A stretch of DNA of 64,000 nt from assembly GCA_020353195.1 (NCBI GenBank), contig CP070691.1, positions 2,579,105 through 2,643,104 of the forward strand. Reading direction: 5' to 3'. The notes under the pieces are model-generated. The model did no database searches, had not been told where the DNA came from, and saw only the letters and a list, made by a program, of their open reading frames with translations. Position 1 is the first letter of the stretch, and every line of letters begins with the position of its first letter. Both the position numbers and the translations under genes were made by a program. This DNA is from Phycisphaerales bacterium (lineage in GTDB: Bacteria > Planctomycetota > Phycisphaerae > UBA1845). Shown here in pieces: positions 45,195 to 54,455 of this stretch.

Positions 45195-46644
45195 ACGGCG
45201 GTGCGTTCCTGGGTTGTTGCCTGCTTCGGGACTGCCGGGCCAGCAGCTGCTTGTACCGAGACGCCAACGTCTTCCAGAAGTGGAGCTGCTCTCGGGCCAC
45301 GGACGGTATCTGTCTTCCTCCGACGAACGCCGACGGTGTCGCCTTGACGCCGAGATCGTGGCCGAGTTCGATGTCCTCAGCGATTCGCTCTGCGACGGCG
45401 TCCGACTTCATGTCCGTCACGAACCGGTCCGGGTCAAGTTCCAACCGCGCCGCGACCTTGCGGAAGTCGATGGTGTCCAGAATGTCCTTCTTCGCACTCC
45501 CCAGCTTGAACAACAGGTCGTGCGCTTTCCAGAAGGCTTCGTTGCCGCCCTGGAGCCGGGCGGCCTCGGCGGCCCTGGCGGCCTGGCAGGCAAACGCGTG
45601 GTACTCGGGCTTGATGTACGGGTTGCACAGGTTGCTTTGCGGGAAGTGCTTGAACACGATTTTCAGGCGGTTGTCGAACAGCGGATTGAACCTCTCCTCC
45701 AGCGAACGGGCAAACTTGCGGCAATGCCCGCACTGAAACTCGCTGAACACGATCACGGGCAGCAGACGCTTGCCGTCCGGGGGCTGCTTTATGGGATCAT
45801 CGGGGCGGATGATGACCCTGTCTTCCTCGCTGCTTCGCCCGGGCCGGTCGCCCTCCTGGCTGTCTCCTTCCTGCACGATCAGCCTGTTGTGTTTGAAGAG
45901 AACCTCGTTCACGTCGTACATTCGTACGAGAGACTGGGCGTCTTCCGTGAACGGCTTGAGCGTCTCGCTGCACTTGTCGTACTTGGCCAGACTGTCCGCC
46001 AGCTTCGGACGCATGACGGCCGCCGCCGTACCCTGCCACAGCCACGCCCCGCCGATCAGGGCCATCAGCAGGACTGCCAGCACCAGCCGCAGCGTCGGAT
46101 GCGAAGCCCCCGCCGGCGCGTCCGCCGCCGGCGTCCCGCTTGCCGACTGCGAGACCGTGTGCGCGGAGGTCGCCACGGCGGTCACCGGGGGGCGCCGAGG
46201 CCAGAACAGCACCGTCAGGATCAGGATCGTGAAGCTGATCGCGTGGCTGACCATGCACCAGAAGCAGCGATAGTCCAGCCGCGTGTACATGATCACAATA
46301 AAGAACACCGCCCCCGCCGCACCGCCGAGCGTGGCCAGACTGGGCAACAGATGATAGACGCGTCGGTCGAACGACGGTTGCCCGATGAACAGGAACCACA
46401 GTCCCAAGCCCATGAAGTAGGACAACCCCCAGTATGCGGTGGGCATCCCCCAGACTGTGCCCCACTCGGTCCTGGCGACCTGCTCGCAGGCGGAGACACC
46501 TTCCTGCTCGGTCGGCCCGCATGCGGCGTCAAACCAGGCGGGCGGTGACGCCTTGGGCAGGTGCTCCCGCAACAGCAGGCTGGACACCCACATCCCCGCG
46601 ATACAGAGGGCCACCAGGGCGACGTTGTGCACTGTTCGTAGCAT
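45169..46644 (-). CDS. VKOR-DsbA/thioredoxin fusion protein (disulfide-bond formation); paralog of 4140-5966 without a PqqD domain
   Basis: ATG 46644 ('MLRTVHNVALVALCIAGMWVSSLLLREH'). Loop Cys pair 'ACGPTEQEGVSAC', TM 'CFWC', thioredoxin 'FSEFQCGHCRKF'. Confidence 0.75.
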   Translation of the reverse strand: MLRTVHNVALVALCIAGMWVSSLLLREHLPKASPPAWFDAACGPTEQEGVSACEQVARTEWGTVWGMPTAYWGLSYFMGLGLWFLFIGQPSFDRRVYHLLPSLATLGGAAGAVFFIVIMYTRLDYRCFWCMVSHAISFTILILTVLFWPRRPPVTAVATSAHTVSQSASGTPAADAPAGASHPTLRLVLAVLLMALIGGAWLWQGTAAAVMRPKLADSLAKYDKCSETLKPFTEDAQSLVRMYDVNEVLFKHNRLIVQEGDSQEGDRPGRSSEEDRVIIRPDDPIKQPPDGKRLLPVIVFSEFQCGHCRKFARSLEERFNPLFDNRLKIVFKHFPQSNLCNPYIKPEYHAFACQAARAAEAARLQGGNEAFWKAHDLLFKLGSAKKDILDTIDFRKVAARLELDPDRFVTDMKSDAVAERIAEDIELGHDLGVKATPSAFVGGRQIPSVAREQLHFWKTLASRYKQLLARQSRSRQQPRNAPPSTAGNPSQ

Positions 46645-46733
46645 CGGCGGAGTTTTCCCCAGTTCCAAACCGGCATCGGCGCCGCAAGGCGCCCCCATAT
46701 GACGAGTGCGACGCGGCGGGAGCGCAGTCCGGC

Positions 46734-47438
46734 TCAAATCGGTCGCACGTGCAGGCGGGCCTCAAGGTGCCGCCGGACCAGTCGGTAACCGCGAGCGTAC
46801 CGGCTGTCGCCCACCAGCGCGATCAGCAGGGCCAGTGCCGGATACCCCAGGAACCGCACGTAGGACAGCACTTCGTGCAGGGGTTCGTCAAAGTCGGGGG
46901 AGAAGTCCTCGAGTTCGGCAAACGTCAGGAACACGCCGGGGATCTGCACGCCGCTGAGCCATCGCCCCCACGGAAACAACAGCGCCAACAAGACCAGCAT
47001 CCAGAAGAAGGCGGACAGACTGCCCCGCACACCGCCCAATCCACCGGCCAGGCAGATTTGCCCGGACGCCAGGAAGCAGAGCGCCAGCAGCGCGCAACTC
47101 GCCTGCCCGATGAACTCCGCGAGCGGTAGGAGCGTTTGCAGCAGGGTGCCCATATACTTCGCGTCAGCCGCGTTCTGGGCGTTCTCCGGTTCACCGGTGG
47201 CGATGACTGACACGTCAGACGACGCGATCTCCTCTTCCGCGGCGTCCACGACCGTCAGTATGTGGCCCCACCGAACGGCACAGAACGCGGCCACGTGCAC
47301 GAGAAGGGACAGGGTCAGCAGCACGAGGAAGACGCCCCGGGCGGACCGGACGGTCCGCAGCGCGGCCTCATAATCGCGAAACATCGCCTGTTCCTCCGCG
47401 GTCGGCTTTCCCTCCCTGCCGGCCAATCCCGTGTTCAT
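46734..47438 (-). CDS. Hypothetical polytopic membrane protein
   Basis: ATG 47438 forms an ATGA overlap with the hemL stop. Several hydrophobic segments. The upstream part of the 533-aa track ORF is a shadow of hemL. Confidence 0.5.
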   Translation of the reverse strand: MNTGLAGREGKPTAEEQAMFRDYEAALRTVRSARGVFLVLLTLSLLVHVAAFCAVRWGHILTVVDAAEEEIASSDVSVIATGEPENAQNAADAKYMGTLLQTLLPLAEFIGQASCALLALCFLASGQICLAGGLGGVRGSLSAFFWMLVLLALLFPWGRWLSGVQIPGVFLTFAELEDFSPDFDEPLHEVLSYVRFLGYPALALLIALVGDSRYARGYRLVRRHLEARLHVRPI

Positions 47439-48802
47439 GTCGCCATCCTTTCTCCTATGGGATCTGTCGAAGCCCGGGCGACCTCGGCAAATGCTCCGGC
47501 GGCTGCCGCCACCGTGCTCTCGATCAACTCGTCCGTATGAGCGGTTGAGACGAACATGCATTCGAACTGTGATGGGGCCAGATACACCCCACGGTCCAAC
47601 ATCGCGTGGAAGAATCGCGCGTAGGCCCGCACGTCCGACGTGGTCGCCGAGGCATAATCGGTGACCGGCCGGTGAGTGAAAAACGTACACAGCATGCTGC
47701 CGACCCGGTTGTGGGTGACCTGGACGCCGGCGTGTCGGGCGGCGTCGGCCAACCCGTGGGCCAGCTTGGCCGACCGGGCCTCCAGCGTTTCGTACACGTT
47801 CTCTTCGGCCAGCGCCTCGAGCGTCGCGATGCCCGCCGCCGTCGCCAGCGGATTGCCCGACAGTGTTCCCGCCTGGTACACCGGTCCTGCCGGCGAGACC
47901 CTCTCCATGATGTCCCGCCGACCGCCGTAGGCCGCCATGGGCAGTCCCCCGCCCAGCACCTTGCCCATGCAGGTCAGGTCCGGTTCGATGCCGAACAACT
48001 CCTGGGCCCCGCCGGGCGCGACCCGGAACCCTGTCATGACTTCGTCGAAGACCAGCAGCGCCTCGTGCTTGTCGCACAGCCCCCGCAAATAGCCCAGAAA
48101 CCCGTCCCTCGGGGGCACACAGCCCATGTTGCCCGCTACGGGCTCGACCAGCACCGCTGCGATCCGCTCGCCGTGCCTGGCAAACAGCCGTTCGGCCGCC
48201 TGGGGGTCGTTGTAGGGCAGTACGAACGTGTCGCCGGTCGTTCCCGCCGGCACGCCCGGGGACGAGGGCGTGCCGAACGTCAACAGCCCGGAGCCGGCCT
48301 GGACCAGCAGCGCGTCCGCGTGTCCATGGTAGCATCCCTCGAACTTGACCACCGCGTCGCGCCCGGTGAACGCCCGGGCCAGTCGCACGGCGCTCATGGC
48401 CGCTTCGGTGCCGGAATTGACGAGCCGCACCATCTCCACGCTGGGAACGCGGGCAATGATGAGTTCCGCCAGGCGGGTTTCGGCTTCGGTCGGTGCCCCG
48501 AACGAGCAGCCTCTGGCGGCTGCCTTGTTGATGGCGGCCACCACGCGTTCCTCGGCGTGCCCCAGTATCATCGGCCCCCAGGAGCCGACGTAGTCGGTGT
48601 AGTCGTTGCCGTCCACGTCGGTGACAACGGCGCCGCTGCCCTTGCCGATGAACCGCGGCGTCCCCCCTACCGCCCCGAACGCCCGCACCGGCGAATTCAC
48701 TCCGCCGGGCATCACGTCCTGCGCGGCTTTGAATGCCGATTCCGATTTGGTCACCGTGCGTGGGCCTGCTTCGTTGACTTCCCGGACTGTCATGCCGGAC
48801 AT
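47435..48802 (-). CDS. hemL: Glutamate-1-semialdehyde 2,1-aminomutase
   Basis: 'MPGGVNSPVRAFGAVGG.PRFI..G.G..V.DVDGN.Y.DYVGSWGP.ILGH' and 'GTLSGNPLA'. The start is ATG 48802 or 48793. Confidence 0.9.
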   Translation of the reverse strand: MSGMTVREVNEAGPRTVTKSESAFKAAQDVMPGGVNSPVRAFGAVGGTPRFIGKGSGAVVTDVDGNDYTDYVGSWGPMILGHAEERVVAAINKAAARGCSFGAPTEAETRLAELIIARVPSVEMVRLVNSGTEAAMSAVRLARAFTGRDAVVKFEGCYHGHADALLVQAGSGLLTFGTPSSPGVPAGTTGDTFVLPYNDPQAAERLFARHGERIAAVLVEPVAGNMGCVPPRDGFLGYLRGLCDKHEALLVFDEVMTGFRVAPGGAQELFGIEPDLTCMGKVLGGGLPMAAYGGRRDIMERVSPAGPVYQAGTLSGNPLATAAGIATLEALAEENVYETLEARSAKLAHGLADAARHAGVQVTHNRVGSMLCTFFTHRPVTDYASATTSDVRAYARFFHAMLDRGVYLAPSQFECMFVSTAHTDELIESTVAAAAGAFAEVARASTDPIGERMAT

Positions 48803-49100
48803 GATAAGACCCGGCGCCGCCGATGCAAGTAAGAACGTGACAGGCACAGACGCGACCGCGTGATGTCGGCGGATTCGTATCAAGGGGCCGTGCCTGAGTT
48901 TACGGCCCCTTCCCGCGGCCGGCACGGGCAAGGATTGCCTTCGACCGGCGCCGTGATGGGGAACGAGCCCCCCTGCCGGGCGCTGCGTGCCTGTTCCCGT
49001 TCGCGACTCGGTGCCGCCCCGGGCTGTTGCCTGATCCTTGATGCGGCGTATCAGGCTCCCGGCGGCTCAACCGGCGCGGAATCGCGCACCCCCGTGAAGG

Positions 49101-50594
49101 TCAGGGGGCCCTTCTCTCGCCGGGTAAGGGCGCGGGCGGCCCGAAGCGAATCGAGTACAAATCGGCATCTTTCATTACGAACCGGATCCGCACTGGCCGC
49201 CCCGCCAGCGTGCTGACGGCCGCACCATTCTCCCACGCCACCACTCGCTCCAGCTCATCGCCGTAGATCTCGATCGAACGTTGCAGCTCGAACCCCGGCA
49301 ACGCCTCGCCTTCTGCATCCTGCATCTCCACTTTCACGCCGCCCACAGCCGACGTGGCGACGTTGACGAACAGCGACCGCCCCTCGAACACCAGCGGTCG
49401 GGTGACGAACTCGCCGCCACGATGGGACGCGTTGACCGAACCGAAGCCGTCAAGCCGCACCGCCCCGCGACGCACTGACGGGACGGCGCCGTAGTTCTCC
49501 AACCAGTAGACGGATATCTCGGCGGGGCCGGTCTGCACGAGCCCCCACATGGGTGTGTTGTTACCGTGCGCGTTTCCCCAGTTGGCCGGGTCCAATCCGG
49601 GACGGATGAACGCCTCCATGAACGCTCGATGCCAATGCAGGCCGTCGTGGCTCGATATCAGCACCGCGTCCGACAGTCCGTCGGTGTCGCGCGGCGGCAG
49701 TCCAATGGTCGTTCGCTCGGGCACAAACCGCATGGGGAAGCCCAGATACAGGTGGGGGGCACGGAAGTACTGGACGATCCCGTTGGTGTAGAACTGTTCG
49801 AGGGGCGCGTGGCCGAAATCCAGCCATTCCGGTTTGCTCCAATGGACAAAATCGGGCGACGTGGCCCGCATGACGCTTCGGACCCCCTGGCGGCCGTGCC
49901 GGAGGTAGCACACGTACCGCCCGCGGACGGTGTCCCAGAACGCGGTGTTGTGCGAGTCGAACGAGCCCTCGGTGATGACGGGTGTCTCCTGAAGGCGCGT
50001 CCAACGGACCCCGTCCGGCGACACGAACCCCATGAGGACCTTGCGGGTCTCGCCGTCGATCTCATGGCGGGAGAGCGTCACGGCTTTGTAGCGCCGGGCC
50101 GGCGGCGCGGCGGGATTGGTGTCCTTGAACGGAGAGAAATTGTGCGATTCCCAGTAAGCCTTCTTGTGGCCGGTCCAGACGATGTTGTTGTCCGTGGAGC
50201 CGTCGAACTCAAAGAGCCCCAGCAACGGTCTTGTCCAGTGGATGCCGTCGTCACTCGTCGCCAGGCAGGTGCACTCCCGAGACAGATCCCCTCCTCCGCG
50301 GTAGTACATCCGAACCTGCTGTCCGTCCTTGAACACGGTGGCATAGCCGCTCTGTGGCCCCTCCCACGGTGCGTCAAAGCGGAAGACAGTCTCCTTCCTC
50401 ACCGGCCGGTGTAGACGAAGGCCGACGTCATCCATGCGGTCGATGAGCCAGTCGTCGACGAACAATACGAGCCCTGATCCGATGGTTCGCGGGAGTGGCT
50501 CCGACGGCCTCGGGGCACCGTGCGATCGCAGCGGGACGGCGATGACCACGACGGCGACCAGCGGCAGAACGGAAACCGCACTCGCTTTTCTCAT
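49101..50594 (-). CDS. Secreted hypothetical protein, probably a beta-propeller glycoside-hydrolase-like fold (family not assignable by eye)
   Basis: ATG 50594 with a signal peptide. 'FVDDWLIDRM...FDAPWEGPQSGYATVFKDGQQVRMYY...SDDGIHW' resembles GH32/43-clan-like planctomycetal proteins. Confidence 0.35.
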   Translation of the reverse strand: MRKASAVSVLPLVAVVVIAVPLRSHGAPRPSEPLPRTIGSGLVLFVDDWLIDRMDDVGLRLHRPVRKETVFRFDAPWEGPQSGYATVFKDGQQVRMYYRGGGDLSRECTCLATSDDGIHWTRPLLGLFEFDGSTDNNIVWTGHKKAYWESHNFSPFKDTNPAAPPARRYKAVTLSRHEIDGETRKVLMGFVSPDGVRWTRLQETPVITEGSFDSHNTAFWDTVRGRYVCYLRHGRQGVRSVMRATSPDFVHWSKPEWLDFGHAPLEQFYTNGIVQYFRAPHLYLGFPMRFVPERTTIGLPPRDTDGLSDAVLISSHDGLHWHRAFMEAFIRPGLDPANWGNAHGNNTPMWGLVQTGPAEISVYWLENYGAVPSVRRGAVRLDGFGSVNASHRGGEFVTRPLVFEGRSLFVNVATSAVGGVKVEMQDAEGEALPGFELQRSIEIYGDELERVVAWENGAAVSTLAGRPVRIRFVMKDADLYSIRFGPPAPLPGERRAP

Positions 50595-50661
50595 CGACTC
50601 TTCCCCTAGTCTCCTGCGCCGCCGGTTCACACGCGGCGGGCAGGCTTGAAGCGGCCGACGG

Positions 50662-51099
50662 TCACGCGCCGATGTCCTCATTCCACAGTTGGGGCCGGGC
50701 GCGGACGAATTCCTGCATGAGCCGGATGCACTCTGCGTCGTTGCAGATCTCCAGCACGACTCCGCGGGAGCGGAGGTAGTCCTCCGGTCCCCGGAACGTC
50801 CGGTTCTCGCCGACGACGACCTTTGGGATCCCGTACAGCAGGACCGCCCCGCTGCACATGTCGCACGGCGACAGCGTCGAGTAGAGCACCGCCCGCCGAT
50901 AGTCCCCGGCGGTCAGGCGGCCGGCGTTCTCCAGACAGGTCATCTCGGCGTGCAGGATCGCGCTGCCGTTCTGCACGCGCAGGTTGTGTCCTCGGCCGAC
51001 GATCTCGCCCTCGATGGCCAGGACGGAGCCGATCGGAATGCCGCCTTCGGCCAGGCCCTTCTTTGCCTCTTCGATCGCCGCCTGCAGAAACCGGTCCAT
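50662..51099 (-). CDS. Cytosine deaminase, yeast FCY1 type (CMP/dCMP-deaminase zinc-binding fold)
   Basis: 'HAEMTCLEN', 'LYSTLSPCDMCSGAVLLYGIPKVVVGEN' and the C-terminus 'RPQLWNEDIGA' closely parallel Fcy1 as I remember that sequence. Confidence 0.8.
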   Translation of the reverse strand: MDRFLQAAIEEAKKGLAEGGIPIGSVLAIEGEIVGRGHNLRVQNGSAILHAEMTCLENAGRLTAGDYRRAVLYSTLSPCDMCSGAVLLYGIPKVVVGENRTFRGPEDYLRSRGVVLEICNDAECIRLMQEFVRARPQLWNEDIGA

Positions 51100-51273
51100 G
51101 CTCGTTCTTCCCTGTTTGCACGCGGGGGCCGATTCGCCGGCAACCTCGCCCGGCGCGTCCGGCCATCCGACACGGCGAAACCCCGATTGTCAACATGGCG
51201 AATGTCCACAAACCAGACTACCATGACGCGCGGGGATTGAAACTCCTGCACGCGGCGTCAAGGAGGCAGCAGG

Positions 51274-52287
51274 ATGACGACGGTCCTGGGGATCGAGACT
51301 TCCTGCGACGAGACGGCGGCGGCCGTCGTCGTCGACGGCACGGACGTTCGCAGCAACGTCGTCGCGTCCCAGGTCGATCTGCACCGCAAGTACGGTGGGG
51401 TGGTTCCGGAGATCGCGTCGCGGGCTCACATCGAATGGCTCGACGGCGTGCTCCGCCAGGCGCTGGAGGAGGCCGCCTGCGGGCGAGACGACATCAATGT
51501 CATTGCTGTGACGCAGAAGCCGGGACTGGTCGGGTCGTTACTGATCGGTGTGACGATGGCCAAGGCGCTGAGTTGGGCGTGGTCGAAACCGCTGGTGTGC
51601 GTCGACCACGTTCTCGCCCACGCCTGCAGTGCGGCCATCGAGGTTCTGCCGCCGCCCTGGCCGGCGGTCGCGCTCATCGTGTCCGGCGGTCATTCATCGC
51701 TGTATCTGGTCCGGGATTTCGATTCCGTCGAGCGGTTGGGCTTCACGACCGACGACGCCGCCGGCGAGGCGTTTGACAAGGTTGCGGCTGTCCTCGGCCT
51801 GGCGTATCCCGGCGGGCCCGAGATCGAGCGTGTCTCCCGCCACGGAGACCCGAAGGCCGTCGATTTCCCCCGCACGATGTTGGCTCCGGATTCGCTGGAT
51901 TTTTCGTTCTCGGGGATCAAGACGGCGGTGCTGTATCACGTCCATGGGCCGGGCAAAACCAGCGGCGGGCTCGAGAAGCTCACGCCGCAGGACGTTGCCG
52001 ACATCGCCGCCAGCTTCCAGGCGGCGGTGGTGGACGTGCTGATTCGCAAAACGCTGCGCGCCGTGGACCGGGCCGGGGTTGACCGGGTGGTCCTCGGCGG
52101 GGGCGTCGCCGCCAACACCTGTCTGCGTGAAGGGCTGGCGGCGTCGTGTGCGGAGCGGCGTCTGACGTTTCACGCCGCCCCGCTGCGTTACTGCCTGGAT
52201 AACGCGGCCATGATCGCCGCCCTGGGATACCATCAGTTCGTTCGCGGCGACACGGCGGATTGGGACGTGGACGCCCAGGCTGACTAA
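51274..52287 (+). CDS. tsaD: tRNA N6-adenosine threonylcarbamoyltransferase
   Basis: 'VLGIETSCDETAAAVV', 'HIEWL', 'GGVAAN'. AAGGAGG upstream of the ATG. Confidence 0.9.
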   Translation: MTTVLGIETSCDETAAAVVVDGTDVRSNVVASQVDLHRKYGGVVPEIASRAHIEWLDGVLRQALEEAACGRDDINVIAVTQKPGLVGSLLIGVTMAKALSWAWSKPLVCVDHVLAHACSAAIEVLPPPWPAVALIVSGGHSSLYLVRDFDSVERLGFTTDDAAGEAFDKVAAVLGLAYPGGPEIERVSRHGDPKAVDFPRTMLAPDSLDFSFSGIKTAVLYHVHGPGKTSGGLEKLTPQDVADIAASFQAAVVDVLIRKTLRAVDRAGVDRVVLGGGVAANTCLREGLAASCAERRLTFHAAPLRYCLDNAAMIAALGYHQFVRGDTADWDVDAQAD

Positions 52288-52503
52288 CGCCATCGTGCGC
52301 GTTTGATTTCGGCTTGACCGTCAGGCCGAAGAGCCGCCGGCTTGGTCTTGCGGGGGGCAAAGTAGCGCGACGGGCCTCTGAATGCCGGCGACGGCGCCAG
52401 GCCGCGAACCGAAAGCCGCAGCTCGCGCCCGCCTTGCCCCATGCCTGGTTGCCGTCTACACTTAGGGCGTTCAACAGAGTAGAGTGTGTGCCGGGAAGGT
52501 TGC

Positions 52504-53343
52504 ATGGGACAGGCTTTGGCGTCTGTCGCGCGACCGGTTGGGAGGGCGGTCACACATTCTGTCAGGGTCGATCGGGCAGCGCTGAACGAAGACGTCTTGA
52601 GAAGAACGCTGGATTCGCTCGCGCGCGGCGATGTCACGGTGGACGACGTGATCACCCGCCTCCGCGCCCTGCCCTTCGAAGACCTGGGCTTTGCCAAGGT
52701 GGACCATCACCGGGCCATCCGCTGTGGCTTTCCCGAAGTGATTTACTGCGAAGGCAAGACGGTCGAGCAGGTGGTGGCCATCGTCGGCAAGCGGCTCGAC
52801 AGCGGCGGGAACGTGCTGGCGACACGGGCGTCGGCTCGGATGTTCGACGCCGTCGCAGCCCGGTTCGCCGACGCCCGGTACGAGGAAGCGGCCCGGGCCA
52901 TCACGATCCGCCAGGTCGAGCCTGAGTGGTCGCAGGGAACGATCGCCGTCGTTGCGGCGGGGACCAGTGATCTTCCGGTGGCCCAGGAGGTGCGGGTGAC
53001 CGCGGAGATCATGGACCAGCGAACGCAGATGATCTCTGACGTCGGTGTGGCAGGCATTCACCGGTTGCTTGCCCATGCGGAGGCGATTCAGTCGGCCAGT
53101 GTGATCGTCGCGGTGGCCGGCATGGAGGGGGCCCTGCCCAGTGTTGTCGCGGGGTTGGTGGACTGTCCGGTCATCGCCGTTCCGACCAGCATCGGGTACG
53201 GGGCGAGTTTTCAAGGTCTGGCCGCCCTGCTGGCCATGTTGAACAGTTGTGCGGCCGGTGTATCGGTTGTCAATATCGACAACGGTTTTGCCGGCGGCTA
53301 CGTTGCGGCGCTGATCAATCGCTGTGTTGGCAGCCGGTCCTGA
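52504..53343 (+). CDS. larB: LarB-type (AIR-carboxylase-like) pyridinium-3,5-biscarboxylic acid mononucleotide synthase
   Basis: 'DHHRAIRCGFPEVIYCEGKT', 'VAAGTSDLPVAQE', 'VAGMEGALPSVVAGLVDCPVIAVPTSIGYG'. Confidence 0.75.
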   Translation: MGQALASVARPVGRAVTHSVRVDRAALNEDVLRRTLDSLARGDVTVDDVITRLRALPFEDLGFAKVDHHRAIRCGFPEVIYCEGKTVEQVVAIVGKRLDSGGNVLATRASARMFDAVAARFADARYEEAARAITIRQVEPEWSQGTIAVVAAGTSDLPVAQEVRVTAEIMDQRTQMISDVGVAGIHRLLAHAEAIQSASVIVAVAGMEGALPSVVAGLVDCPVIAVPTSIGYGASFQGLAALLAMLNSCAAGVSVVNIDNGFAGGYVAALINRCVGSRS

Positions 53344-53375
53344 ATGGCCCGGTGCGTCGAACGCGGGTTGGCTAC

Positions 53376-54251
53376 ATGTCGGATCCCATCAAGATCGTCA
53401 CACGAATCCCCCCGTTGCCCACGCGGGCGGACAATGCCCACAAGGGGGACGTCGGCCGCATCGTCATCGTTGGCGGTCGGCTGGACGACATCGGCATGGT
53501 CGGCGCGCCGGCGCTGGCCGCCAATGCCGCCCTTCGGTGCGGCAGCGGGCTGGTTCAGGTCGCGACGGGGGCGGCGGCTCAGGCGACGGTGGGGCTGTTG
53601 GCACCGTGTGCCACGTCGCGGGCGTTGTTCGCGGACGCCGACACTTCGCTGGCATCGCTGGCGGTCCAGTTTGGAGCGGACGTAGTGGCGATCGGGCCCG
53701 GGCTCGATCCCCGGATCGACGCGCAGCAGATCAACGAACTGGTCAGCAAATTCTCCGGCGGCATCGTCATCGACGCTGACGGCTTGAACTTGCTCGCGTC
53801 CATGGGAAGCTGGGAGGCGGCCTGGCCGCATCAGATCGTGCTCACCCCCCATCCCGGCGAAATGCGCCGACTGCTTGACGGTTGGCGGGTTCAGACCGAT
53901 GCAGACGACCGTCAGCACATTGCCATCAGATTGGCGCAAGCGACCAACGCCATTGTCGTCCTCAAGGGCGCGGGGACAGTGGTCACCGATGGCCAGCGGT
54001 TGTACATCAATCAAACCGGCAATTCGGGCATGGCCACCGCGGGCGCCGGTGATGTGCTGACGGGGGTCATCGCGGCGTTTCTCGGCCAACAGATGCTGCC
54101 GTTCGAGGCGGCGGTGCTGGCGGTATACGTGCACGGATTGGCCGGTGATATCGTGGCGGAGGAGGTCGGCCGGCTGTCCGTGACCGCCACCGACCTCATC
54201 GAGTTCCTGCCCGACGCGCTGTGCGACGTGGCTGCCGAACCGGGCGATTGA
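53376..54251 (+). CDS. nnrD: ADP-dependent NAD(P)H-hydrate dehydratase (YjeF C-terminal type)
   Basis: 'HKGDVGRIVIVGG', 'VLTPHPGEMRRL', 'GMATAGAGDVLTGVIAAFLGQ'. Confidence 0.8.
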   Translation: MSDPIKIVTRIPPLPTRADNAHKGDVGRIVIVGGRLDDIGMVGAPALAANAALRCGSGLVQVATGAAAQATVGLLAPCATSRALFADADTSLASLAVQFGADVVAIGPGLDPRIDAQQINELVSKFSGGIVIDADGLNLLASMGSWEAAWPHQIVLTPHPGEMRRLLDGWRVQTDADDRQHIAIRLAQATNAIVVLKGAGTVVTDGQRLYINQTGNSGMATAGAGDVLTGVIAAFLGQQMLPFEAAVLAVYVHGLAGDIVAEEVGRLSVTATDLIEFLPDALCDVAAEPGD

Positions 54252-54455
54252 CGTTTCCTCCGAGCGGCTCCCGGCCGTTCGCCACTCGAGTCCTCAGGTC
54301 CGGCCCGCCCGTTTCGGGAAAACCCAGCTACTACCAGGCAGAGTCCCGGTATCGGACGTATTACCTCACGCAGTCCGGGCAACCCTGTCGGCGCCTTGTT
54401 TGCGTGTTCCGTATTTATATTCGACTCTTGTTCCGCACACTCGCCGTGTGGGGCC

